Source of the DNA: a virus
Lineage: Duplodnaviria; Caudoviricetes
Length of the DNA stretch: 64,000 bases
Reading direction: 5' to 3' (one strand)
IMG/VR virus record: IMGVR_UViG_3300028293_000005
Location: 1-64,000 of that record
Part shown: positions 37,288-47,143 of the stretch, piece after piece
Numbering within the stretch: position 1 is the stretch's first letter
How the letters are laid out: every line of letters begins with the position of its first letter
Notes under the pieces: generated by a model
Databases searched by the model: none
What the model was told of the DNA's origin: nothing
The model's input: only the letters and a program-made list of their open reading frames with translations
Position numbers and translations under genes: made by a program

Positions 37288-37793
37288 CGCTATCTGCAAA
37301 AGAAAGAAATCGGATAGCCTGCGCGAAATACCGCGCAAAAAATCTGGAAGCTCGTAGAGCGGACGGCCGCCGACGCGAGGCGGCTAGATATGCGAACAAT
37401 CCAGAAAAGATGCGAACGCGTCGTAGAGACTGGCGAAAGGCGAATCCAGAACGGAGTCGAGAGACTTGGCATAAGTGGATGGGCACGCCGGCCAATCGAA
37501 TCGCACACAACCTTCGTCATCGAATAAAAAGTGCCCTGAAGGGTCATTCCAAGAGTAGCTCAGCTAAAACACTACTCGCAATGCCTTTGGAAGAATTCCG
37601 TATTTATATTCAGGGTCAGTTTCGTCCAGGGATGACCCGGGAAAATTATGGTAGCGTGTGGGAACTTGACCACGTAATTCCGTGTGCAAGCTTTGACTTG
37701 ACGGACCCCGCCCAGCAACGCGAATGTTTTCATTGGTCAAATCATCAGCCTCTTTTTGCGGCTGAAAACCGTTCGAAAGGAGCGAGGGTATAA
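37284..37793 (+). CDS. HNH-type endonuclease (WELDHVIPCASFDL family)
   Basis: Paralog of 25262..25726. Confidence 0.8.
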   Translation: MTLSAKERNRIACAKYRAKNLEARRADGRRREAARYANNPEKMRTRRRDWRKANPERSRETWHKWMGTPANRIAHNLRHRIKSALKGHSKSSSAKTLLAMPLEEFRIYIQGQFRPGMTRENYGSVWELDHVIPCASFDLTDPAQQRECFHWSNHQPLFAAENRSKGARV

Positions 37794-37794
37794 T

Positions 37795-38097
37795 ATGGCT
37801 TTGGAAGTTCCATTGGTTCCGATTAACACAGACGCGCGAGTTTTCGAAGCGCAGAACGTGCTTCAAGAAGCGATTAACAACCTGCGGTTCGCACAGCAGG
37901 CGCCGGCCAAGCCGCAACAGGCCAAGCAGGACCAAGCCGAAGACAAGGCCGCGAAGAAGTCCGCGACCCAGCAACTTTTGGACGAGCGGTTTACGCCCGC
38001 AGAAGCTCAGCCAGGAGTTGCGAACACCCAGGCACCCTTTCAAGCGGCACCCATCGGGGACATGAATATCATGCCTGACCTCGGAGGTTTATCGTAA
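37795..38097 (+). CDS. small internal virion protein candidate
   Basis: MALEVPLVP start. Confidence 0.6.
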   Translation: MALEVPLVPINTDARVFEAQNVLQEAINNLRFAQQAPAKPQQAKQDQAEDKAAKKSATQQLLDERFTPAEAQPGVANTQAPFQAAPIGDMNIMPDLGGLS

Positions 38098-38099
38098 TT

Positions 38100-39407
38100 A
38101 TGCCAACCGAACGTTTTACTCTTCTCCGGCAGAAATATCTGAATGAGCTTCGCAACAAGCCCACGCGTGAGTTGCTAAACCAATTGGACTCCGAAGACCT
38201 GCTCCATTATCTGCAGTCCCGAAAAATGCTGCGCGAAGAAGCCACAGCCAGCTCGCTCGCGCCGTTGATGCACGAGACCGCCGCCCGCGAGGCACGTCAG
38301 AAGTTGGAGAACCTTAAAGCCGGCGGGTCACACGAGGCAATCGCGAAGCTACACTCCGAGACGGCCGGACATGAAGGCATGGAACTGCCGATGCGGACCG
38401 ATGGCGTTTTGGACGTGCCGGCGGCGCTGAAGAATATCCAGACCGCGATTCAATCCAAGGAACAGCGAGACCTGGACCGCCAGCTTTTGCTCAACGCACA
38501 CGAGCAGACGCAGACCACGGTGGAACCCTCCGGCCGCGAGACCGTGACCGGTCAGATGGTCACCAAGCAAGGGACGCCAGTGAGCCCGATGCGAACGGTC
38601 TCGACCAAGGACGTCAACGCCCCCAAGGCGATTGACGAGCTGGTCTCGCAGAAGGATAAGAAAAACCACGAGCGCGGGCTGGACGTTTCCATTGGGGCGC
38701 TGCGCACCGCGAAGAACGTTTTGTCGAACCCCGCACCTTCGAACGCCGAGGATGGCGTTTTGATTGACGCGTTCCTGAAGGTGGCGAACCCGTCCGCGGT
38801 CATCCGGCCGTCGATGATTGAGTTCGTGAACAAGCAATCCCCGCTCGCGGACCAGCTGCGGAAAAAGTGGGACCAGTATCTTTCGAACCCGAGCCACGAC
38901 CAACTGCCCAGCGGCGCTATTTTGACCGAGAACGACCGCCGGCAGATGGCCAAGGCCTTTCAGTCTTTTAACCAAGCCATTTCTGAAGACTCGCGCGACC
39001 ACTATAGTTTCCTCAAGCGGCGCGCAGAGAAGCAGAACCTCGGGCAAGACCTGGACGAAATTTTTTCGGACGAAGAGATGAACGTCATCAACGGCAAAAA
39101 CTTTGTGGACTTGCCCAATCGCGCGAAGCCCGGAACGACCGTGACTACGGCTGCCCCGACTCCCGCGCCTGCGGCGCAGCCAATGGCGCCAGTCCCGGCC
39201 GCTCAGCCTGCAGCCGCGCCAGCCGCCCCGGCACCGCAAGCCAGTGCTCAAGGGGTCACGCCCGCGGCTGCAGGCGAGAAGCTGACGCAGCAAATCCCCA
39301 CGGTGAACTCGCCCGACGAGGCCCCCGAGGACGCACAGTTTTATTTTTCGCCGGACGGTCGGAAGTTCGTTAATCGGAAATACAAACCGCCGGTCGCCAC
39401 GCCATAA
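38100..39407 (+). CDS. internal virion (ejection) protein candidate
   Basis: 435 aa, helical, AP-rich tail, ejection-gene position. Confidence 0.6.
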   Translation: MPTERFTLLRQKYLNELRNKPTRELLNQLDSEDLLHYLQSRKMLREEATASSLAPLMHETAAREARQKLENLKAGGSHEAIAKLHSETAGHEGMELPMRTDGVLDVPAALKNIQTAIQSKEQRDLDRQLLLNAHEQTQTTVEPSGRETVTGQMVTKQGTPVSPMRTVSTKDVNAPKAIDELVSQKDKKNHERGLDVSIGALRTAKNVLSNPAPSNAEDGVLIDAFLKVANPSAVIRPSMIEFVNKQSPLADQLRKKWDQYLSNPSHDQLPSGAILTENDRRQMAKAFQSFNQAISEDSRDHYSFLKRRAEKQNLGQDLDEIFSDEEMNVINGKNFVDLPNRAKPGTTVTTAAPTPAPAAQPMAPVPAAQPAAAPAAPAPQASAQGVTPAAAGEKLTQQIPTVNSPDEAPEDAQFYFSPDGRKFVNRKYKPPVATP

Positions 39408-39410
39408 TTT

Positions 39411-42400
39411 ATGCCCGTTCTGGAGGACATCGCCAAAGGCGAGCAATTCACCGACGTCCCTCTTCAGCCCGGGGACGTCAAGCCGGTTTTGAGTCAGGAA
39501 GACCTGTCCACCGAGCATGCAAAAATGCGCGAGGCCTTTCGCGCCAAGGGTCTGCCCTTGCCGCCCCTGGCTCCGGGCGAGAAGGAGACAGTTAAACCCG
39601 CGGACCCTTTTGCCGCCGAGCAGCAGGTCCCTCACGACAAGTTCGCCGGGGAACAGCAAGTGCAGGACCCCTTCAAGGGTCAACGGCAGGCCGACGCCCT
39701 GGACGAGCGCACGCCCCAAGACTTGGCCAAGGACCCGAACTTTAAGATTCACGACTTCATTTTCGCGAATAAGGACAACATCTTTGGTGACCCTCAGCGA
39801 TATCAAAAGGCGCTGGACACCTATCGCGAGTCGCAGGCCCAGGGAATCACGGCCGCGAAAACTATTGAGTCCGTCAAGAAGGAAACGATTCCCTTGCTGA
39901 AGGATATCATCAAGTCCATTCCGAAACGTTTGGAGAACATCAGCGACATTGCTGTCTCGCCGCTGATTGCTGAAGCCATTGGGAAAGTTCAAAGCCCTGA
40001 GAAGCGCGCCCAGTGGGAAGACATGGCGGAAGCGGACAAAGAAAAAGCCATTGCGGAGGCCATTGCCGGCACGCAGACTGCCGTGGGCTCGCTCCAGGAC
40101 ATGGTGCGACAAGGGACCCGCAAGCTGTTAGGCCCCGCTCTCGAATTCGGTGGCAAGAAAGACTGGCGCAAAATTTCTGACGACGAAGTAAAAAATGAGC
40201 TATTCAAAGACCTCGGTTGGCGCGAAACCGTCGAAGGCCTCTCGCGCGGCGAAGGCGTCCAAGACCTCGTTGACAAGGGTGTGCAGCTCAACCCGGAAAA
40301 CATCAAGCTCCTCAGCCTCACAGACCCGATTACCTTGGTCGCCACTGGCGCGGGACTGAAAGCGGTCGGCGCGGCTGGCAAGGTTCTTTTTACTGCCGCG
40401 GATGAAGCCGGCGCGAACGCCGCTCTGGGCTACCTCGGTCGCCAAGCGGGAACCGCAGCGGCTAAGGGCGCACAGCTCGCGGGCCGCGGGGCGGAAGTGA
40501 CCGGTCAGGTCATCGGCAAGGCCGCTCACCTGCCGACGTTCACTGCCGCCGGTCTGGGCTCTGGCCACTTCTTCAAGGCAATGGCTGCGGCCGGCGCCGG
40601 AAAGCTGGCTGGCAAAATCATCGAGAAGGGCGGCACCCTCCTCCGCGAGGTTGGCGAAGCCGCTGGGGCGCCTGCCGAAGGCCAACTTTCGTTGGGCCTT
40701 GAACAGACGACCGGCGCAAAAGTTTTGAACGCGGCAAAAGCCGCGACTGCAGTTGTTGCACCGCCCGTGGTTGGCGCCGTCAAAGGCGCGGCAGCGACCG
40801 CTCCGCTTGCATTCGCCACCGACGAACCGCAAGGCGGTCTGCTCGGTGTCGGTGCGGTGGGCGGCGCTGTTCACGGAACCGTCTCTGGCATCAAAGGCGC
40901 GGTGGCCGAGGCTGGAGCCAAGCGATATTTTGACCCCGGACAAATCACCTGGGAAAAGACGCCTTCGCCCGGGTATGACAACTTCTCGGCCATGAATGCG
41001 GTCCATGACCAAGTGGCCGCGAGCGCGCCCGAGAACGCGCGGAACATGGTGAACAGCCTTAGGGAGACTTTGCGCCCCTTCGGAAAGAAACTCTTTTTGG
41101 TAGACGACGCCACGTATCAAAAGGCAATCGAGAACGATGCCGTGCGCGCGAACGGTGGCCAGCCCTTGTCTCCCGAGCAGCAGGCCGCGGTCGCCGAGGA
41201 ATCCAAGTCCCGCGGCGTCTCGAAGATTTTCATGGCCGATGACGCCGGCAAGGGAGAGATGGTCACGCTGGTCAAATCGACCGAGGACGCTCCGCATGAG
41301 GTCTCCCATGTTTTGGAATCCGTCCTGGCGCCCGACGCGCGAAAAGCGTTACACGATTCCGTCCGCGAAAATTATTCCGGCGACGAACTGCAACAGCTCA
41401 AGGACCATTACGAATCCCAGCTCGGCCGGAAGATGACGCCCGATGAAGTTGAAAGCGAATTCATCGCGGACAACTGGGCGAACCTGCTTTACAACACCTC
41501 ACTCGAATCGCTGGGGCTTCCGGCTCCGCGCCGCGGGTTCAAGCAGGTGATGCTCGATGCGTCTTTAGCCCTAGGGAACGCGCTTGGCGCGGACATGACC
41601 GCCGGCCGGAAAACTCCTGGATTAGACATCCAGCCCTCGTATTCTTTGCGCAAGCGACTCGTCGAAGCGTCCGGGGACATTTTGAGCGAGAGCAACCGTC
41701 TCGCCGCACAGCAGGCCACAGCTCCCGAAGTGAAGCTAGCCGCCCCAGAGGCCGCGGCTACCGTCACACCCGAGGAAGTGAAACCCGCGGCCCCGCCGTC
41801 CGAAGTCAAAATCCAGACGCCCGTGGAACCTGCCGCGCAGGGCGAACTCAATTTCGAACCGTCGGCCAAACCCGAAGCGGCACCGGCTGCGCCCCCTCCC
41901 GCGCCGGCACCCGCAGAAGAGGCTCCACCGACGGTTCGTCCAGATAAATCCGCGCGCCGCGCAGAGGTGACCAATACCGGGGTCGCCATGAAGTGGGCCG
42001 AGGACAAGCCCAACCGCGACGTCGTTGACACGGTCAACCAAGCCTTGGACGAAAAAGTCGGCCTAAAGGTGGAGCACTCCGGTGCGCCTACTGAGGTGTT
42101 CCAGCCCACGGAGCCAGAGCGCGAGGCTGAGATTGAAGCCGGCCGGGGGTTGCCTCCCGACTTGCGCGAGCAGCATTCCAAGGAACTCCGGCCAACCCGC
42201 TGGGAGACCATGAAGTCCGGCGAGCCGCAGCTCATTGCGCGCAGCACGGACAAAGTTTTGGCCAACGTTGACCGCGCGGTGCAATGGGCGAAAAGGACCG
42301 GCGAGACCGTGCCGTGGGAAACGGATGCCCAGGGCGCGCTGACTCCCGCTGGCGCAGACCAGCTTTTGGCGGACCTGAACACATATTGGGATAACCAGGA

Positions 42401-45400
42401 CCGCGGGTTCCGTGGCGGCGGTGAAAAACTCGTCCGCCCGCCCGCCAAACTGGGCGCGTCCATCCCCGCCGAACAGGGCGAGGGCGTTCCTCTGGGCGCG
42501 GATAAGGAGCAATGGCTTAATCTTTTGCAGGGCAGGGAAACTGGCCCGCCCGTGACGGCGCGTGCTGGCAAGGGACTCCCAGCGAACATCAAGGCGCAGG
42601 AAATCCGCGCGGCCCAGGGATTGCCCAGCGAGCGCATTACCGGCGGCGTCAACATTCCGGTCTACCCGGAAAAGGTCACCGGCGGTCGTGGCGCGGTTGA
42701 GGTCAAGGAAACCAACCCCCTGCGCAACCGTCTACGGGCTGCAGGCATGCCGGTGGGCGACCTGCACACGGTCGTCGAGCGGCTGAATGCGACGGACCTT
42801 TTGAAGGCAGAACGCCGGCCAGAGCTGACCGGTCGCGGCGGCTCCACCGATATCACGCGCGCGGGATTTTTGACAGAGAAGCCCGTGAGCGAAACCATCG
42901 ACGAGGTGGTGAACGACTCGCCAAAACAATGGCAGAACCGATTTGGACCGAACGCGACCCTGACTGGCTCGGCGTATGACTTGGGGTTGGGTTTGAAAAA
43001 CCCGGCGGACCTGAAGTCGCTGATGGACGCCCAGGACGCCGCGGTGAAAACCGCACAGGCGTCCATGGCCGAAGTGCGTGCTGGCAATTTCGACGCTTTG
43101 GACCGCGCGTCCGCTGACGCGACCAAGGCACAATTTTTCCGAGAAGCTGTCGAAGCGGCCACGGACTCCGGCTCGGCTGCCGGTCCAGCCGGTTGGCGTC
43201 GTTCACGGCCGAACAGTCAACCGCCATTCGCCACGCCGGAGTCCCGCAAGGGGTTCCTGACCGAGGAAAAGCCGGCCGAAGGCGAGCCCGATGCAATCAA
43301 GCAAGCGTCCATCCGCACCAAAGGCGGGCAGGTATTCACCGGCTCGTGGCACGGAGAAGCCTTGGACAATTTTTACGAAGCGGCGCGCAAGGGCGAGGTC
43401 AAAGACCTGCCCGCAGGCACGAACCTGACGGACCCTGACCCTTCAGGTTTGTATTCGTCCGGCTACCTGACCGACGGATTCAACACGAAGTCCGGAAAAT
43501 TTTTGGACCGCGCCCAGGCCCTGGAGCATTCCGTCAAAATCGGACAGTTCAAACCAGCCGATAAGGGCAACATCGCGCGCACAGGCGAACTCGAAGCGAA
43601 TGAGTTCACTGGACGCCGGGCTTTTCTCACGCCGGAGCCGTTGAAAAAAATTCAAGAGGGAGAAGACGGCACGGGCGAGACCTTCGACCGTCGCGGAAAA
43701 GTGAAGGACATTGCCGGCAAGCCATTGCTCGTGGTGACCTTGAGCAGCCGAGACGTCCCGCGGAGTCTTCTGTCGAACAAGGACCTGATTGATTCTTTCA
43801 AAGATGTTCCTGGGCACGTTCCCAACGTGGCCCTCGGCGTTTTTAACATCGCTCGACGGGGACCCAAAGGAGAACCGTTGACCTCGGTTGATTTGAATGT
43901 TTTGGTTCCCAAAGAACACTTGGAGAACGCAATCAAGTTCGCGCGCGACAACAATCAAGAATCCATCTGGGATGCGGAGAAGAGTGAACTGATTCCCACT
44001 GGCGGAACCGGGGAATCGAAATTGCGGGCCGAAGACTTTCCTGACGTGGCTCAAAAACTTGTGAAGGGTGAGCCTATTGACGTGGAAGCGCGCGGCGGCA
44101 ACCTGACCGAGACGCCGGTTCCGGAAATTCCGACGGACGAAGAAATCACGGACGCCCTGTCCGTGGACAAGCGTCCCTTTGTCGGAGAACACCGTGACCT
44201 GGACCCCGGCACTCCCGTCGGTGTCCGCATCGACATTCCCGCGTATAACCGCACGGGCAAGTTCGTGCAGACGATTCACGAAAAGGCCAGCGGTGGTCAA
44301 GTCGGCAAGCGCATTGGCTACGATTCGATTGTCACGCTCGATGACCCAACCTTTTTCAGCAACGAGAAGGGCGCCCGCAAAATCAAAGAGGGCGCTGCGA
44401 AGTTTCCGATTGCGACTGTCGAGGGCAAGTTTAATCCGGACCGGGAAGTTCCGGCGGACCTGGAAGATTGGACCGCGGTCGGATTCAACCCCACGAAGCA
44501 CTCCTACTTTTACGACAAGGCTACGGACGAGCCTGTGACGGGCGGCAGCAAGGCCGTCTCTGTGGGCAACACGGTGTATGTCAAAGACGCCACGTTCGGG
44601 ACCAAAGCCGAGGTGCAGGCGCGCGGGGGTTACCTGACCCCGGAGAACACCAACGTCACGCAGAAAAAGAAACCCGGGACGCCGGAATACAACGATTACG
44701 TCACGAACAAAATCGAGAAGTCCAAGCAGTTCCCCGAGGCGCACCCGTTGCAGTTCGTGACGGACGATAAGGGCGACTACATGGCCCAGTGGGACGGCGA
44801 ACCACTACCAATCAAGCGGCCCTACGATTTGTTTCACTCGGATTTGGCAGAAAAATCCGGGTCAAAAGAAGCGTATCGCAAGGACCTCGCCGCGAAAGTT
44901 GACGCTGCTTATCTCGAAGCGAAAAAGAACCCGGACGTCCATGCCGGCGAGACTTGGTATTCGGAATATCGGGCCAAGGCCAAAAATCTTTTGGGCGACG
45001 ACATGCAACTTTTCGCCGAACTGTTGGGCGCTACGTCTCCGCAACAGCTCGTCGGCCCGAACTTCAAGGACGCGCTTGCTGCGTATAACGAATTCCGGAA
45101 GGGCGCCTACGATGACATGCTCAAGAAGTATCAGGAAGGCAAACAGAAGTATGCCGCCGGAGATATTTCCGATTACATGGAAGCCAAGACGCGCGAGAAA
45201 CAAGAGCGGCTGGTAGCGAAGCGCGACGCGGGCAAGCTTTCCGCCGAGGAGTTCGCGGCCCAGGAAGCCAAGAACAAAAAGAAGGGCATCGAGGAGCCAA
45301 CCAAACAGGCTTACCTGAACTGGTGGCAAGAAACGAACAACCTGATTCCGACGAAGGAGACGGGGAAAAAGTTCGGCATGAACTCGCGCGCCGTGCTTCG

Positions 45401-45866
45401 CGTGCTGGGCCGCTCCTGGTTGCAAGGTGTCGAGGGTCCGAAGACCCCGAACTTCACTGGGAACCTCTCAGGTGCGTCTTTCAAGGCAACCATTGACGTG
45501 TGGGCCATGCGTCTGTTGCACCGTCTCTCCAATGAGGAATCCGGCAAGCCCTGGCGCATTCAATCCGCCAACGAGACGGGTATCGCTGACCCGGAATTTT
45601 TCTTCGGCCAGGACGTGATGCAGGACGTCGCCGACAAGCACGGAATCCAGGCCGACGCGCTGCAGGCAATCCTTTGGTTCGCGGAGAAGGACCATTACGA
45701 GAAGAACGGCTGGGTCAAGTCCGCCGGCAAGGAGAAGTCCGATTACAACTCGCTCATCGCGAAGACGACCAAAACACCCGAGGGCTTCCTCTCGCTGAAA
45801 GAGGTTGAAAAGAAGCCGAAAGGTGGTAAAGTAAAGAAGGCCGTTTTACCCGAGACCACACCATGA
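39411..45866 (+). CDS. large polyvalent/ejection protein, 2151 aa, with zincin HExxH and modular C-terminal half
   Basis: G/A-rich hydrophobic N-half, HEVSH at aa 629, five repeated junction motifs. Confidence 0.85.
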   Translation: MPVLEDIAKGEQFTDVPLQPGDVKPVLSQEDLSTEHAKMREAFRAKGLPLPPLAPGEKETVKPADPFAAEQQVPHDKFAGEQQVQDPFKGQRQADALDERTPQDLAKDPNFKIHDFIFANKDNIFGDPQRYQKALDTYRESQAQGITAAKTIESVKKETIPLLKDIIKSIPKRLENISDIAVSPLIAEAIGKVQSPEKRAQWEDMAEADKEKAIAEAIAGTQTAVGSLQDMVRQGTRKLLGPALEFGGKKDWRKISDDEVKNELFKDLGWRETVEGLSRGEGVQDLVDKGVQLNPENIKLLSLTDPITLVATGAGLKAVGAAGKVLFTAADEAGANAALGYLGRQAGTAAAKGAQLAGRGAEVTGQVIGKAAHLPTFTAAGLGSGHFFKAMAAAGAGKLAGKIIEKGGTLLREVGEAAGAPAEGQLSLGLEQTTGAKVLNAAKAATAVVAPPVVGAVKGAAATAPLAFATDEPQGGLLGVGAVGGAVHGTVSGIKGAVAEAGAKRYFDPGQITWEKTPSPGYDNFSAMNAVHDQVAASAPENARNMVNSLRETLRPFGKKLFLVDDATYQKAIENDAVRANGGQPLSPEQQAAVAEESKSRGVSKIFMADDAGKGEMVTLVKSTEDAPHEVSHVLESVLAPDARKALHDSVRENYSGDELQQLKDHYESQLGRKMTPDEVESEFIADNWANLLYNTSLESLGLPAPRRGFKQVMLDASLALGNALGADMTAGRKTPGLDIQPSYSLRKRLVEASGDILSESNRLAAQQATAPEVKLAAPEAAATVTPEEVKPAAPPSEVKIQTPVEPAAQGELNFEPSAKPEAAPAAPPPAPAPAEEAPPTVRPDKSARRAEVTNTGVAMKWAEDKPNRDVVDTVNQALDEKVGLKVEHSGAPTEVFQPTEPEREAEIEAGRGLPPDLREQHSKELRPTRWETMKSGEPQLIARSTDKVLANVDRAVQWAKRTGETVPWETDAQGALTPAGADQLLADLNTYWDNQDRGFRGGGEKLVRPPAKLGASIPAEQGEGVPLGADKEQWLNLLQGRETGPPVTARAGKGLPANIKAQEIRAAQGLPSERITGGVNIPVYPEKVTGGRGAVEVKETNPLRNRLRAAGMPVGDLHTVVERLNATDLLKAERRPELTGRGGSTDITRAGFLTEKPVSETIDEVVNDSPKQWQNRFGPNATLTGSAYDLGLGLKNPADLKSLMDAQDAAVKTAQASMAEVRAGNFDALDRASADATKAQFFREAVEAATDSGSAAGPAGWRRSRPNSQPPFATPESRKGFLTEEKPAEGEPDAIKQASIRTKGGQVFTGSWHGEALDNFYEAARKGEVKDLPAGTNLTDPDPSGLYSSGYLTDGFNTKSGKFLDRAQALEHSVKIGQFKPADKGNIARTGELEANEFTGRRAFLTPEPLKKIQEGEDGTGETFDRRGKVKDIAGKPLLVVTLSSRDVPRSLLSNKDLIDSFKDVPGHVPNVALGVFNIARRGPKGEPLTSVDLNVLVPKEHLENAIKFARDNNQESIWDAEKSELIPTGGTGESKLRAEDFPDVAQKLVKGEPIDVEARGGNLTETPVPEIPTDEEITDALSVDKRPFVGEHRDLDPGTPVGVRIDIPAYNRTGKFVQTIHEKASGGQVGKRIGYDSIVTLDDPTFFSNEKGARKIKEGAAKFPIATVEGKFNPDREVPADLEDWTAVGFNPTKHSYFYDKATDEPVTGGSKAVSVGNTVYVKDATFGTKAEVQARGGYLTPENTNVTQKKKPGTPEYNDYVTNKIEKSKQFPEAHPLQFVTDDKGDYMAQWDGEPLPIKRPYDLFHSDLAEKSGSKEAYRKDLAAKVDAAYLEAKKNPDVHAGETWYSEYRAKAKNLLGDDMQLFAELLGATSPQQLVGPNFKDALAAYNEFRKGAYDDMLKKYQEGKQKYAAGDISDYMEAKTREKQERLVAKRDAGKLSAEEFAAQEAKNKKKGIEEPTKQAYLNWWQETNNLIPTKETGKKFGMNSRAVLRVLGRSWLQGVEGPKTPNFTGNLSGASFKATIDVWAMRLLHRLSNEESGKPWRIQSANETGIADPEFFFGQDVMQDVADKHGIQADALQAILWFAEKDHYEKNGWVKSAGKEKSDYNSLIAKTTKTPEGFLSLKEVEKKPKGGKVKKAVLPETTP

Positions 45867-46036
45867 AAGAACTAACTTTGGAAGACTTCGACCTCACTCC
45901 CGAGGAACTCGCCCGGCTTGTGGCCGGCGCCCAGCGGCACTTCCCCGCGCGCGATGACGACGGCAACCTGTCGGACACCAGCCCGGATGAGGCGCAAAGC
46001 CCCATTGACAACTCAGACATTCACCCCACTTCTTAA
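45863..46036 (+). CDS. small acidic protein (57 aa)
   Basis: Hand translation MKELTLEDFDLTPEELARL...; ATGA overlap. Confidence 0.55.
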   Translation: MKELTLEDFDLTPEELARLVAGAQRHFPARDDDGNLSDTSPDEAQSPIDNSDIHPTS

Positions 46037-46038
46037 TT

Positions 46039-46677
46039 ATGGTCAGTCCCAATGACATTCAGCCCGTCGCCGACACCTCCGCGCCGGCACCCATCGAACC
46101 CCAGGCCGCGGCGCCCGCTCCCGAGGCCCCGGCGCCGGAGGAAAAGTCCGTGCTGCCTGAGGCCGTCCTGAAGATTCCAGCCATGAACGCGCTTTTGCAG
46201 GGTTCCCCGCCGGCCACCTACGCGCCGCTCAAGTCGAAAACGCCTGAGATTGAAACACTTTCGAAAAACGCCGAGGCGCTGAAGAAGGCCGGATTCGCTG
46301 CTTTCAAGTCCGAGTCGAAGCCCGGTAATTTCATCATGTTCAATGGGTTAGCCATTAAACCGGACGAAATTGTCCAGGCCGATAAGTCCGGCCAGCTCGA
46401 CTCCGTGGCCGTCCCATTTGACCAGTTGCTGCAGTCCTTCGAGCAGGCCCGAAACGACGCTCAACCCACCGACGGGGAGGGGGCGCCCGCTGCGCAGGCT
46501 GCCCCAGGCGGGGCGAGCGCACCTCCGGTAGGGTCTGAGGTCCCCCCGCTACCCGCGGGCGCCCAGAAGCGCGCCATGAGCGCGCGGGTGGCCAATCTAG
46601 TCCCAGGGGGACCCACCAGCGGGCCGGCTCCGGGCCGGGGTCGCATTCTCAATGCGATATCAACTCCGGTCGTGTAG
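46039..46677 (+). CDS. hypothetical virion-associated protein
   Basis: Last gene of plus-strand block. Confidence 0.65.
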   Translation: MVSPNDIQPVADTSAPAPIEPQAAAPAPEAPAPEEKSVLPEAVLKIPAMNALLQGSPPATYAPLKSKTPEIETLSKNAEALKKAGFAAFKSESKPGNFIMFNGLAIKPDEIVQADKSGQLDSVAVPFDQLLQSFEQARNDAQPTDGEGAPAAQAAPGGASAPPVGSEVPPLPAGAQKRAMSARVANLVPGGPTSGPAPGRGRILNAISTPVV

Positions 46678-47143
46678 CCGGAGGCGGGAAATTTAGGGCT
46701 TCAGGGAAGAAGCCGGCGGCCAGGGCCGCGGCGTCATACGCCCTGGCAGCGTCTTCTTCAGATTCGAAAAGTCCGAGGTGTTTCCTCGCAATCTTTACCT
46801 TCCATTTGCCGGCCGGGGGATGCCAAAATACACCTCGGAACCTGCTTGTAGCGCCCGGGGTTTTTCGCCTGAATGCCCGGTTGTTTTGACATGGAGCGGC
46901 GGGTCGAAGATTATCCCGCCGGTTGTCCAGCCCGTCCCCGTTGACATGGTCAACCCCCGGGTGCCCTAAAAGGGTTTGATGCAAATATACGTGCTTTTTG
47001 CCTATCCGTCGGGATGCATAAAACAGCCGCCACCCACAACGCACCGCATGCCATTTGAACCGGCCGACAAGCTCAAAATCGGCGAAGTCGATAATGGCCA
47101 CCTTCCCTTGCGTCAGGGGTAGAAAAACAATCGCATCACTCAT
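46649..47143 (-). CDS. HNH-AP2 homing endonuclease
   Basis: VDHVNGDGLDNRRDNLR + SRFRGVFW...HLGLFESEEDAARAYD. Confidence 0.9.
   Translation of the reverse strand: MSDAIVFLPLTQGKVAIIDFADFELVGRFKWHAVRCGWRLFYASRRIGKKHVYLHQTLLGHPGVDHVNGDGLDNRRDNLRPAAPCQNNRAFRRKTPGATSRFRGVFWHPPAGKWKVKIARKHLGLFESEEDAARAYDAAALAAGFFPEALNFPPPATRPELISH

Noticed and set aside
38349-44744. Long antisense ORFs (38349..40112, 40200..41309, 41489..42655, 43443..44744; similarly 10379..11320)
   Set aside because: Shadow frames of high-GC coding genes; no motifs, low-complexity R/G/L composition
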